From NCBI RefSeq assembly GCF_009914755.1, contig NC_060940.1: a DNA stretch of 64,000 bases, one strand, 5' to 3'. The position numbers and the translations under genes were made by a program. This stretch comes from the human T2T-CHM13v2.0 reference genome, Homo sapiens. This document shows, piece after piece, positions 39,586-54,199 of this stretch (position 1 is the stretch's first letter; each line of letters begins with the position of its first letter). The notes beneath the pieces were generated by a model, which worked only from the letters and a program-made list of their open reading frames with translations, did not search any database and was not told the origin of the DNA.

Positions 39586-40548
39586 AATAGTACCTTGTTG
39601 ATGAAGACACATACACACACACACTAGAGAGAGAGAGAGAGAGAGGAGAGGAGAGGGGAAGATATATCAGCTACATAAACTTCCCAGTCCTGCCTTATTT
39701 ATTAGTCTGTGATGGTTAGTTTTTTCCAGTGCTCCAGGCATAGCATTCCTCAGCACCATTGTTCCAAATCACTGAAGCTGGCAGCATTCCTTTCCTTGCT
39801 TAATCTCTGCAAGTTTCAACAAATTGTTAATGTAATGTTTTCCTTGAACATACTTAACATTTACTTTTATTCATCTGAACGTGGAACGCGGCACTCCATG
39901 AAGGTGCAATCTGTCTTCAATCCAATGTCTCATCAAATTCCTGCTGCCCAAAATAGAGCAAAGGTTGAGCCAGCCTAATGTAGGGTTGGCATATGATACC
40001 ATTATAGCTACTTAGTGGACAGCAAGGCCAGCACTGCTTTTAAAACAATCCCTGCTCATTCTTTTCTTCCCTTTCTTTCCAGCAAGTCGGTTTTCTGAGA
40101 AGGAGCTGTGGCTGGTTGTATTAACATTTGCATTTTGATCCTGCTTACTGATGCACTGCAAAAAAGAATCTTCTGTGTTGCCTACTTAGAATTTTCTGTT
40201 GTAGTCGTGTGAAGTTGCCAGGTGGATGACATAGATCCCATTTCTTAGTTTCCTTTACAGCACGTTGACTCTTACCCAAGTCCCCAAACCCCCTGGTTGG
40301 TGATTGCAAGACCCTCTTTGCACCCCTTCCCTTGGCGATTTTATGCAAAGTTAATGCCCTTTGGCCAAGCAGAACTTCCCCAGAGCTCCTTCAATTCTTC
40401 ACATTTTTGACAGTAACACTTTGTAACGAATGTATTTTAGACAAGACTCTTCGACCGTAAAGTACTGGATCTCTCTAAAAATAACTCATTTGAAAAGGGG
40501 GTTATTTTAAGGAGACTCAGAAAATATCTTAAAATATCCAAAGTCTGA

Positions 40549-40847
40549 GACCAGGCATGGTGGCTCACACCTATAATTCCAGCACTTTAGGAGGCCGAAG
40601 TGGGTGGATCCCTTGAGGTCAGACGTTTGAGACCAGCCTGGCCAACACGGTGAAACCCTGATTCTACTAAAAATACAAAAATTAGCTGCGCATGGTGGCA
40701 CACACCTGTAATCTCTGCTACTCAGGAGCCTGAGGCAGAAGGATCACTTGAACCTGGGAAATGGAAGTTGCAGTAAGGCAAGATTGCACCACTGTACTCC
40801 AGCCTGGGCAACAGAGCAGGGCTGTCTCGAAACAAACAAACAAAAAA
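40549..40847 (+). mobile_element. AluS-type element
   Basis: Both arms; TSD aag(t/c)ctgaga. Confidence 0.95.
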
Positions 40848-40931
40848 GCCTGAGAGTGAAGTACAGTGCTATTTGTAGGGGTTTGTTAGGAAGCAGAAGT
40901 ATCAGAAATGCATATTCTCAAAGCCTCCCTG

Positions 40932-40970
<39 letters not shown>

Positions 40971-41115
40971 TCTGCTTCAGGGTCTTCTGTGCCCCCCTCC
41001 CCTGTCTGATTTCTGTCTCTGCTCATTTCTCACCACTCACTCTCAGTCTTTGCTCCTCAGCTATTCTTGCGTGTGTGGCGCTGGCTCCTGCTCTGCTTTT
41101 GCCTTGATCTAGTTT

Positions 41116-41186
41116 TACTTTTAACTGCAAAAACTACAATTACTTTTCATTGCAAACACTGCAGTTACCTTTGCACCAACCGAATA
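41116..41186. mobile_element. MADE1 (Hsmar1-derived MITE) fragment with internal 25-bp duplication
   Basis: Ends in the mariner TIR ...ttgcaccaaccgaata; tacttttaactgcaaaaactacaat followed by tacttttcattgcaaacactgcagt. Confidence 0.8.
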
Positions 41187-42100
41187 CATGATCTTTCTCT
41201 TCAGAACTTGTAAAAGACTGCCCACCTCACCTGACCCTCCTAGATTCCATTCACAGGAGCTCACTGTCTGCAGAATGAATTGCCATTGAAACAGCTCTTT
41301 CACCTCATTTTGCAGGCAGTGGAGTGAGTTTACAGGAAATGGACAAGCTCACAGGGAAGCAGAGACTGTGGAGGGAACACAGCTTCTCCCAGAAGAACAC
41401 CGTGGGAAGTTTGGTTTCTTGTCTTAGATTACTGGGAGTCGGGAAAGAAAGCCCCTAGAGATCAAACTCATATAGGTCATCTAAAAATACACGATCAAGT
41501 CACAAAAGCACAAGATAAAAAGAAGCCTTTCTTTATCCCTGTACCATGCCTTTACAGAAACTACCTCATTCATCAAAAGATCTTTCTTTTAAACCTGAAC
41601 TCTAGTAGCTGTGCGATAGAGAGGTCCCTTGTCAGTATCAACAGCTGGGGCTCTATGCTGAGCTCAGAAAGTGGAGTTCTGAATCAAACCAAGTCCATGA
41701 GCCCCAAAGTAAATTTAGACCACAAAGAATCTCCTCTCCAGTTTTTATATAAGGAGAAAAGGAGAACAAAAGCCCTGTTCCTCCAATAGAGCATTGGCCA
41801 GAGAAGCCCAGAACTGTACTTTATCAATGTGGAAACTAAAATATCTTTTCAGTGTAATTTGTGATGAATTTTCATTTGCATTTATCATGAAGACCAAAAC
41901 ACATGTATCATCTGGTGAGAAGTATTCTTTCAAGGTATCTAAAACTTATAATCACTAATAAAAATATGCTTAATACTTCAGGGCCAATGGAATGAATTGT
42001 CTGGGGAATAGTTTAGGTTGTCTGATAGGGTCAGCTGTCACACATAGAGGGAGCAAGCTGACCTGGAGAATGAACATAGAGAGAACATGATAATTAACCA

Positions 42101-42166
42101 AGTGCTATGATGTCTTCTAATATCCCAAAGACAGTGCTATGATGTCTTCTAATATCCCAAAGACAG
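42101..42166. repeat. Perfect 32-bp tandem duplication
   Basis: agtgctatgatgtcttctaatatcccaaagac at 42101-42132 and 42133-42164. Confidence 0.97.
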
Positions 42167-43554
42167 CTCTTTATATGGGTTTTCTTCCTTTGCTTAATAC
42201 TGGATCAATAGATAGATACTGGATCGATTGATAGATAGACGAACAGATACAAACATACATAGATTATGCACAGAGATAGAATGATCTATAATTGCTACCT
42301 ATCTCTTGTCTGTCTGTCTGTCCTTTTTCTTCAAAGTAAGCTTCACTTCCATCACTTCTGCATTTTCTGTCACAGATGGCATTGGTCATTGGTCATTTCA
42401 GCACAGTTTCATAATATGTCTCTATTTCCAAGGGGTGGTCTGTTGTGCATTTGAAATCCCCCAGATAGCTCTGTGTTCTGTGTGACTTTGACAGTCAGTC
42501 TCATGGATGGGTGAAATGAAGTTTTCTCTTTTGTTCCATTCAGCCCAAGTGGCAGCACTTCTCTAATTCTGTGAGAATGCCTTCCCGAATTTGTGCCTTT
42601 ATTATCTTTTGGTTGGACTCCTGGGAATCTGTCTCATGTTTCTGTTCACACCTGCTCTCCATCCCAACTAGAGGTACTCCCAAAGTGTACCCCCAAAACA
42701 AGAAGTATTTCTGAAAACACTTGCCCCATTTGGGGTTCTCAGTGCAATTTCGTGACAGTTTTAAACTGACACTTTCTCTCACTTTATAACAGCAGGCTAG
42801 AGAAAAATAAGAAACTGATAGCCTCGACCTCACTAAAACATTCATGAATTAAAATTTTGTAAAAAGGTTACCAACAGATTGTATCAGTTTAGTTCATTTT
42901 TTTCTATTATCTTAAAAAGCCATTTTCCCTGTGTTTGTAATTGTATTTTATCATTTTAGGTAGTAGTCCAGAATAAGACATGTTGGGTTTAATTCTCTGC
43001 CACAGTTCTCAAATGGATGTTTCATAAGTAGCATGTGGCTTTCTCAGCTAAAATTAAATGTCTCACTGTCTCCAAATGTTTTCTATCTAGAATTTGCAAC
43101 ATACACCCTTCCAGAACTAACAGAGACTCTGAAAATTACCACTAAACAACGTCAGTCTAGTTCATCCTTCTTACCAGCTTCAAATGCTGGCTGTAGATAA
43201 ATACATCTTTAATAAATAATCTAATGACTTAAAGAAATAAAGTCTGGTCCTCTTTTCCATAGAAGTTCAGTTCAGAGAAGCACCAAATCAAAAAAGATGA
43301 TCTATATTAACAAAATCCTCTAGTTTTGTGATGTTCTAGGAATTAAAGAACAAGTCCAAACCTCAGAGACCAAATGTATATCCCAAATGTATATCCCCAG
43401 TGGTTCCTGATTCCCAGAATCCCCTGGATAGCTCTAAAAAATATATAAAACTGGTTCCATTCATGATGATTTACTAAATATGGAATGGAACTAAGCAGAT
43501 AGGAGAACTAACTGGTTTACCCTCTTCGTCTGCCTCAGCCACTAGTTGTTAGTA

Positions 43555-43579
43555 ATATATGTGTGTGTGTGTGTGTGTA

Positions 43580-43622
<43 letters not shown>
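43555..43622. repeat. Compound (TG)n(TA)n microsatellite
   Basis: Directly visible. Confidence 0.97.
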
Positions 43623-43626
<4 letters not shown>

Positions 43627-43884
43627 TCCCCTATTGGATAACAAGCTGTCGATTCCTCTCATGACCTCTACAAGGCAGCTGCACATGATTGATGAGAGGA
43701 AGGATCTATGTTCAGAAAATTTTTTTAAAGGAGGAAGTGGAGGAGAAGAAAAAAATGGAGAGTCATAGATCCTTGACAATGCCAATGTTTTGTGGAAAGG
43801 AGGCAAAAGTACCTGATGGAAGAAATAAAGGAAGAGTAAAGGATACTCATGTGATTGCACAAAAGTGGACTACATCTCAACAGT

Positions 43885-44025
43885 GAGGAATGAGCCCTAA
43901 GACAGGTTGAAATCCCAGCTCTGCCACTTCCCAAATGTGAGACTTGAGCAATTTGTTTAAACCTCTTGGGATCAGTGTTACCATGTGTAAAATGAAGATC
44001 ATCATAGTACTCATCCTCTTATGTC
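43885..44025 (+). mobile_element. MIR 5' part (resumes at ~44745-44820 after the L1MA)
   Basis: aatcccagctctgccacttccc...gacttgagcaatttgtttaaacctc; later gcacttagaacagtgcttgggca. Confidence 0.75.
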
Positions 44026-44029
44026 ATCT

Positions 44030-44740
44030 TTTTGTAAAATGTTTTTTTAATTATGGTGGGTACATAGTAGGTATATATATATATTTGTGGGGTACCAAAG
44101 ATGTTTTGATACAGGCATGCTGTGTGAAATAATCAAATCATGAAGAATGGGATATCCATTGGGTTGGGAGGCCGAGGTGGGCAGATCATCTGAGCTTAGG
44201 AGTTTGGGACCAACCTGGCCAACACGGTGAAACCCCATCTCTATTAAAACTACAAATATTAGCTGGCATTGGTGGTGGGTGCCTGTAATCCCAGCTACTC
44301 AGGAGGCTGAGGCAGGAGAATCACTTGAACCTGGCAGGCGAAGGTTGTAGTGAGCAGAGATCATGCCACTGCACTGTGCAGTTTGAGACTGTCTCAAAAC
44401 AAAACATAAAACAGTTTATCCTTTTTGGTACTAACAATCCAAGTACACTCTTTTAGTTATTTTTAAATATAAAATTACTACTGAGTATAGTAATCAAATA
44501 ATATGTATGTCTTTTTCTTTCTTTTTTTCTTTAAACTCATCAACCATCCCTACTTTCCCCTCTTTCAGCCCTGGTAACTATCCTTCTACTGTCTATGTAC
44601 ATGAGTTCAATTGTTTTGACTTTTAGATCCCACTAATAAGTGAGAATATATGATGTCTGTTTTTCTGTGCCTGGGTAATTTCAGTTAACATAATAATCTC
44701 CAGTTCCATCTTTGTCATTGCAAATGAGAGGATCTCATCC
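44030..44740 (-). mobile_element. L1MA-type 3' end, interrupted by an Alu
   Basis: gggtacatagtaggtatatat...gttttgatacaggcatg...catgagttcaattgttttgacttttagatcccactaataagtgagaat. Confidence 0.88.
44164..44411 (+). mobile_element. 5'-truncated Alu inside the L1MA
   Basis: Starts ttgggaggccgagg; 3' part shortened. Confidence 0.92.
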
Positions 44741-45342
44741 TCTGCTATGTAATCTGCGGACGGTATTTCAAACGCACTTAGAACAGTGCTTGGGCATCAT
44801 CAACGCCATATAAGTGCTGCTGTGGTCATTGTGTTAGAAAAGTGCCCGGTAAATTATGCTCTATGAATGCGAGGTCTGTGGATTGCTCCCAAGAGCGTGA
44901 AGACCCACAAATGTACATGAGAGGTGGGAGCATTTGAGATCATAGATGAGTTTATAGGATAGAAAGAAGATTGCAGGTAATATAAAAATCAGTGGAAGAG
45001 TGATGAGAAATGATTAGGGAATTTAGGTGACATTTTTAAAAAAAATGCATTTGGTGAAAGAAAGCAAAGAAACTCTGCCACAACTCAGAATGCAGCTGAC
45101 AGGCCGTCTAAGGAAATGTCGTGGCTAACAGCAGCAGGGGACGCACCTGTGCAGAGCTCCCTGTGCCCAGACCTGAGCTCTCCACACCTTCCTGAATGCT
45201 GGCAGCACCTGAGGAAGGGAGCAATGGATGGGGCTATTTATATTTGGCACATAAGAAAACCATTGCTGACAAATAACTTGCCCAAGCTGACACAGCGGCT
45301 GTAGAGTAGAGATTTAAACACAGGTTGTTTTCCAGAACCCTA

Positions 45343-45588
<246 letters not shown>

Positions 45589-45646
45589 TTAAAACGTGAT
45601 GTGGCTTCCCAATGTATTTAAGAAAATGGTCAAGTCCAGAAGTCCA

Positions 45647-45942
<296 letters not shown>

Positions 45943-46804
45943 GGCTAAGTCCTTAACATGGATTACAGAGCCCTGCAGTTTCTGAGCTTATCATCCATCT
46001 GTCCCTTCATACCCTATATCCCCAATTCCCTGGAGCTCTTTCTGTGTCTCAGACACGAGCTACCCTCTGTGTCTCACCAGGTCGGATCCCTGTGTTATAG
46101 GTAACTTAAGGTCTGTAACTCTGCTAAACTACAGGCTCCACATGGACAAGAGACCAGGTCAGGTTTTTCCTTTTCCTCGGTGTTTATATAATGCCTGATA
46201 CTTGGCAGTTATTTCAAAGAAATGAGGTGAACCGAGTAAATTCCACACCATATTCAGGACCAATCTCTATTTTGCCAAATCATGCATCATAATTGAGGTC
46301 GTAGCCAACGGCATTAAGAATGCTTACAGTCCATTGTGGAGTTTGCACCCATGGCCGCCCCTTTGGCATCAAGCTCTGACTCCAGCTGTGATCACCTGCC
46401 ATCCTCAAGCTGCCATCTGACCCCTGCCCCTCCACGACCTCTCAGAGCATAGCTTCCCCTTGGATGGAGGGGGGTGAGGAGAGCAGTCAGAGGTGAAGGC
46501 TAAAGAATGTGGAGGGTATTGAGTGCACCCCAGCCCCTGACATTTCAGCTTGTTATGTGGCTGTGGTAGTAAGCATTTGGAATCAGCTCTATCAATTATT
46601 TAAGTCTCATAATTCAGTCCATAGTAAAGATTTATTGCAACAAACTGAAAAACAAAGTTCAGACGCAAAGGAAACAGAACATGGATTCTGCTGTGTTACA
46701 CGGTACATAAACTTCTCATGTCCGTGGGAGTAACATAAAAGGAAGTAGGTTATTTTTAAAATACTGAAGTGTTTCTGAAAGAGATAATTCAGCTCTGAGT
46801 TTCT

Positions 46805-47453
46805 GTGTGTGTACATGTGTATATACGTGTGTATGTGTCTATAATATATGTGTGTATGTGTATGATACATGTGTATGTGTCCATATATATAATACGTGTA
46901 TGCACATGCATCTGTGTGTATGCATGTGCGTGTCTGTATAACGTGCATGTGTATAATACATGTGTGTATGTGTGTGCATGTGTATGTGTAATATATTACA
47001 CACATGTACACGTGTATAATACGTGTGTGCATCTCGTATGTGTTTGTGCATATGTGTATATGTGTGTATGTGTGTATATGTGTATAATACATTGTGTATG
47101 TGTATGATGTGTGTATGTGTGCATATATATAATGCGTGTATGCATGCGCGTCTCCGTATGTGTGTGTGTATAATGTGTGTATGCATGTGTATGTATAATA
47201 CATGTATTACACACATGTACACGTGTATAATGTGTGTACATCTGTGTATACGTGTTTATGCATATGTGTATATGTGTGTATGGACACACGTGTATGTAAC
47301 ATGTGTATGTGTGTGTATAATATGTGTGTGAGTGCATATGTGTGTATATGTGTGTGTATGTGTGGATGCGTGTCCATGTGTATGTTTGCGTGCATGTGTG
47401 TATAACGTGTGCATGTATGTGTGTATAATACATATGTGTATGCATGTGTATGT
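46805..47453. repeat. ~650-bp alternating purine-pyrimidine (TG/TA/CA) repeat with internal duplication
   Basis: Near-continuous RY alternation; 27-mer tattacacacatgtacacgtgtataat at 46994 and 47205. Confidence 0.95.
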
Positions 47454-47669
47454 TTCAGGGTTTCCTTGCATTCCATTTTCTATTTAGCATCAGGCATTTT
47501 CTTCTTCCCTAGGCATTAAGGCCCTCTTGGCTCAAAATTTTCATGAAGCATGGATACATTACAATTTTTACATTTTTAGTTGGTTGTTTACGGCCATTGG
47601 TTGGTCTGTCAAGAGCACCGAGTCATCTGCTTACTATACCATCTTGGGTGGAAAGGAATGAGTTTATAT

Positions 47670-47815
47670 TTAGAGACACCTGGATGTAGATTACAACTCC
47701 ATCTCTCACCATCTGTGAGATTTTGAGCACAGCTCCAGAATGCTGTCAGCCTTAGTTTTCTCATCTTTGAAATGGGAAGAATAAACGTCCATACCTCCTC
47801 AAGCAAGTGTCAATT
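47670..47815 (+). mobile_element. MIR
   Basis: agccttagttttctcatctttgaaatgggaagaataa. Confidence 0.7.
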
Positions 47816-48074
47816 GGAATTATCTCTACAGATTTTCTCGCCCATGGAGGCTTCATGCATGATGGTTTCATCTTGTGCTGTCCCTCAACATTTACATGAA
47901 TGAAGTACATCATACTTACATATTTGAAGTATGGACACCTTTTCATTGCAAGAGGAAAGCAAAAGCAGGCAGGAGCATTTCGTTAGTAAATAATAGTAGG
48001 GCCATGTCCAGGTGTGAAGTTAACAATGAGAGAGATTTTTTTGCCCATGTTCTGACCATAACCATTTGAACTAT

Positions 48075-48275
48075 GTTTAGTCTTAATAGCTGGGTGGCCT
48101 TGGACAAGGTTAATTTGCCTTTCTCTGCTTCTGTTTCCTTATTTATAACAGGAGGATGCTCATAGCATCAACTTCTAGGGTTGTCGGGAGGATTAAATGA
48201 GTTAATACTCATAAAATGCTTAGAACAGTTCCTGGCACATGAAACAAAGGTTTATTTGAGTTTTTCTTTAGTTAT
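48075..48275 (+). mobile_element. MIR
   Basis: ggttgtcgggaggattaaatgagttaatactcataaaatgcttagaacagttcctggcacat. Confidence 0.88.
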
Positions 48276-48479
48276 TGCTGGTGGTGGTGGTGGTGGTATT
48301 GTTCATGTTCTTATGCTGAGCCTGTGTGGTGAATTGGAATGTATCTGTGAATAATTCACTTGCTATTTAAGCACGTTCAAACATCCCATCATAATATTCA
48401 AAGTCAATATGTGTATTTCTCTGTAGTTCATCCACGAATATCCTGTTCCAAGTTGCCATCATCTCCCCCTGGAGCTACC

Positions 48480-49340
48480 ACAAAATCCTTTAGGGATCCT
48501 TCTGTAACCTCTATCCATGCTCCCATCAAGGAAAAAGATTTTGAAACATCTAATCATGCTACCACTATCTGCTCTCCCACTTAAAACTGTTTATTGATTT
48601 CCCGTTGCTCTTAGGATGAAAGCAAACACGATTGCATGGCCTTGGATGGTCTGGCCCTGCCCTTCTCTCAACACTCATCTGCTTCTCCCCTTACTCATTA
48701 TTTCAGAGCCTTTTTAGTCTTTTCCAGTTCTAGCAATGTGCTGAGTGTCACAGCAGATGCTATTCCCTCTGCCTGGAATTCTACCCTTCTTGACCTCGTC
48801 CCACCAACATCACTATTCATTCTTCTGGTCTCAGAATCTGTATTGCTTTCTCCATGATGCCGTTCCTATCTTTCGTCTAAACTGGGATCTTCTGTCTACG
48901 TGTAAGACCCTCTCCTCTTCCTTCACAGCACACAATGCCATTCCTAATATTCCACTTAACATGTTATGGTTGTTGAGTGTTTGTCTTTGTGTGAGCTCCA
49001 TGAATGCAGGGAGCTACATATGTCTTGTGAACTGCTAGATCCCCAGCATTTTGCACATGGTAAATGCTAATGAAAACATTTGTAGAAGGTGTGAATGCCA
49101 TTTAAGATGTTCCCATAACGTTCATTAGAACTAGAAAGACTTCCTGATATCCCTCCCATTCACCGACATTATGTATACCGGGTGCTGTGTTCACAGCTTG
49201 GCCACTGGATACTTCTCAGTTGTGCCTCTCACCCTGTATTGTAAATTTCCTATCGACAGGCTTTGTGTTTCCTGTTAGACTGTCTCTTTCATGTCTCCCA
49301 TCCTAGTGTCTAACATAGGTATTCAATAAATATATACAGA
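48480..49340 (+). mobile_element. L2 fragments
   Basis: atgctattccctctgcctggaat...tgtgagctccatgaatgcaggg...taggtattcaataaatat. Confidence 0.75.
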
Positions 49341-50581
49341 AGGAAGATAAGAAGAAAGAGAGGAAAGATCAGACTTCATTCCAGTGAGGACAGAATCGCT
49401 TGTTCATCTCTTCTGTCTAAGCCCATCCCTCTCCGTGGGCTCATTTTAGCAACACTGCAAGTCAACAGAAGTTTCAACCTGGAAATGTCCCACCTAGCAA
49501 GGCCAGGGGTGCAAAATCAAAGTGAACAGGACGTTCCTACTACCTTTGGGGAAGACAATAACACAGAGTCTAAGAGGTCAAAGGGTGCCTGGCCTATGTC
49601 TGCCCCTACGACTCTTCCTTAGCCCATGACTCTCGACCTGGAATGACAGCAAGTTCATGTCTAGTTAAGCAAATCCAGAGAAGATTTTTGTTTATGTAGT
49701 GGAATGTTCAACTCCTCAATTATGCTGTGAGAGGCTGAGGGGGAAAAATAGACATTTTTGCAAAATCTGTTTCTGGTAACCTTCAACAAACTAAAACAGT
49801 TGAACATACAGAATTTTCTGTTGTTTCTGCAGAGATAATTTGTTACATGGAAGCTCATTTGCTTATTTGAAGTAAATACTGCTTCAGACGCAGTAGAGAT
49901 TAACACTCATAGATGAGATGGATTGAGAAGGAAGAGACATAATACTTCACTGTTATATTTACTGTGTTAAATATAAAGTGGGAATTGATGAAAAATGTTC
50001 TGGAGTTCCCCATGTGAGCCTAAGTGATGAACTGGGGTTTATTTGCCATCTGGCTTTTAAGCAGGGATTTTTTTTCATGTCAGAAAAATGGCACCTTCAG
50101 AAATATTGCGTTACAGACATCTGTTTATCAGAACTTTGCCTGAATGAATTATTCAGAATGTGCTTAAGGTTGCACTTTACCTGACATATGGAAATATAAA
50201 GTTGCATACTTGATGTCGGCATATATTTGTCTACATAAAATCAGGTGTCATACTTGAAACCCGGAGTGCTGGAACTTGGTAGGTGGTGCTTTTAGTACCT
50301 CGGATATTCATTGTTCTACCTCATGTGGTTCTTGATGTCTTCATTTTTTGGAAATCATTGTGTGGAATTACATGTGACTCACAGTTTCTGTATTGAAGCC
50401 CCGTTTTTGTTTCCACTGTGTTCCTTACAACTGAAATGGAAAGCTACTCTTACTTGATATGGGTTTCATGGCAAAACTCTGTTAGTAATTTCAAGTTGGT
50501 GAAACAAGTGAATATCTGGAGCTATCAAGAGGAAAGTCTTCCAGGCCATACTCAGAAGACCCAAGAGGAAAAGGTGGTTTT

Positions 50582-50866
<285 letters not shown>

Positions 50867-52438
50867 AGGAAGAAGTGGTTTCCATACACATCAAGTTTTA
50901 AAGGAACCCTTCAACTCATCATGTCATCAGAACCAAATAAAGCTTTAACATTATCCATGATTGTACACTGTTTTCCATCTGCTCATTTATTTATTTATAG
51001 ATTGTTTCATCAGACATTGACTAAGCTCCTACTTTAGGCCAAGTATTGAAGATGTAGATTCTACTCTTTACTTGTTCGGGGCTTACAAGGGAGCAGAGAA
51101 GATGGACATAAACAAAATAGTTACACATCAGTCACCATGATTGATGTGTAACTTCAAATGAGATGACTGCTCCTGTGAAGTGAAACAAGGTTTTGTGAGC
51201 ATCTGTTGGAGCAACCTGACTCAGGACTTCAAGGGAAACTTCTTGGAGGACGCGATTCTGAAGCCATCATAAGTGACTTCACTTGTTGAAGAAGGGGAGG
51301 AGCCTTTCAGATGGCAGGACAGCCATATACAAAGATCTGGGGGCTAGAGAGCTCATGCAGCATTGCACAAGCTATTTAGAGGCCATTGTAGCTGCCGCCA
51401 GGGGAGCTCATATGGCCAGGAGGGCTGACCGTTCCTAGAGAGGTCAGCAGCCCTTACAGCCTGGAGTAAGGAAGGCGGTGCTTATAAAGCAAGAATGATG
51501 GGAAACCATTGCACAGATTCTAACATAGAGGCCAGTTCTGCGCTCCAATTAAAATTGACGAAAGATCCGTGAAGTCTGCCATCATTGCTTATCTGTCTTT
51601 GAATTCTCTAGTGTCTAGTGTTCAGCAAGTGCTGGTAAAATAAATACATGATGTGGGGGAAGCACTTCAATAGGATGTGAGCTCGGAGTGAGTTCCAGAA
51701 AGGTGCCCCGCAATCACTTATCCCAGAAACTGGTGGGGAGGTTTCAGTCAACCTGTATAAATGCTCCTGGGGACTGTCCTTTGGATAAGCAGGTGTTCTC
51801 TTTACCTAAAAAGAGATGCCTTTCAGAAAGTCTTTAAGGGCAGCAGAGCAAGCACTGGGAGGGACTAATAGGACCTCAAAAGAAAGAGGTGAGAGGCAGA
51901 GGGCTGAGGGCCTTTCGGAGCTGCCGCTGCTTAGCCAGAGGAGGGAAGCAATTGCATCCCCAACAGGCGGGCTGTAAAGGGAATGCACGTCATTACTTGG
52001 AAAGGGTGGTGAAGCTGGGAGCAAACAGCTTCTAGATCAAGCTGCCAGGGAGGATGTTTAGTAATTAAAGGAGGCTGGCACCATTTGGAGGTACAAATCT
52101 GCAAATCCAAGGTTCACATCCCAGGGAGTGACCACGTGGTCACAAAACACAGCCTACAAATGCCCCCACCTGAGGTCATACAGAGATAAGCTACCCCCAT
52201 GGGGGCTGTGCGGGTACAGCAAGTCGGATGCTCTTATTCACCACCCCTATACCTAATAGTGCAGTTCGTTCTCAGATCATTTTTAAAGGAGAAATGAAAG
52301 CTCTGTGTCTGTGTGTGTATGTAAACACCATCTTAACACATTGCATGCACTTTTGATGCACATGTGTGTTCTAAACTGTCATTTGCAGGGACTTCTGTTG
52401 TTGAACCTGTTCTCTGTGAGGCACGAGTGGTAGGCTTA

Positions 52439-52786
<348 letters not shown>

Positions 52787-53409
52787 TCATACATCTTGTA
52801 CCTGAGGACTGTTTGGGGAAGCAGCTGCTTTTTCCCGTCAGTTTCTCCTTGGTTTTCTCTACTCACAGGGACCCTCGCCTTGCACCTGCTGGGAAGGCCA
52901 GTTCACCTGCCCGGGCTACTTGTGTTACACAAAGCTGGAGGAGAATGAAGTCAAAGTGGCTGATTTTGTTAGAGAAGAATTGTTTTGTTCTGCGTTGGGT
53001 GAAGTTTCTCTCTATTACACTTTTCTACAAATTCCCCTGTTCCCAATTCCCTCAGACAACAAAACTACAATTTGCTGGGTAAACAAAAGCAGTGGGGATG
53101 AAGCCTCCCTGGCAGCCAGTCTGTCAGAGGTGCTGTGCTTGTTAGCATGGTAAAAGAGTTAGAGGAATTTTTCAAGTTGTACAAAATTGAATTACTTAAT
53201 AAACTTCGTTTAACTTTCTTCCCTGGGAGTCAGTGTTGTTAAAAAATCCAAAAAGACTGTTTTGCAGCATTAGCATTTTACAGTTGGTCAGGGTTTTCAA
53301 ATCCTTTATTCTTTATCCATTTTTTTTCTCAATAACACTTGTTCCTTAGCCCTTTCTTCCTAGCTAACAGTCTCTGTAACTGTTTAAAAAAAAAATTAAA
53401 AAAAAGAAT

Positions 53410-53719
<310 letters not shown>

Positions 53720-54199
53720 TTACCCCTTCAAATCATCTAGCTAGTAGGTTGGACTTTGTGTTTATTCCAATTTTCCCCGTTTAGCAACATTGCCCCCACC
53801 ATCACCACCAAAAGGGGAAAAAAAGACAGTGGGTTAATCATCCCTGTTAGAAAGAATTTCTCTCCAATGCCTGAGGCAAGTTTGCATGCCATGGATGGAA
53901 ATGGTATTTTCAAGAGACAGACTGAGCCGGTCCTGCCTAGGAAACCTGCTGCCTTGGCACGGTGGTATTAGTGGCTGAGGGCTGTATGTTTATTCCCTGG
54001 CCCTCTGCTGATCCCTGGAAGCAAAGTGAGTGTCCACAGGCTTTCTCTGTAGTGACATTGACTTCCTTCTGCCCTTGTGTTTCCAAGGTGAGCTTTGTTA
54101 GGTGCCAGGCTGCAGGGTCCTTCTGCAGCATTCTGAAGAAATCCTCTGCCTTCCTCTGGTTGGGCAGAATGCCCAGTAGAATCAGGAACAGTGAGCTCA

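Noticed and set aside
46607-47476. Overlapping His/Thr/Tyr- and Val/Cys-rich ORFs up to 198 aa
   Set aside because: Artefacts of the RY repeat, which lacks stop codons in several frames
51391-51410. CTCF-like ccgccaggggagc
   Set aside because: Mismatches at key GGC positions and lies in an L2 fragment
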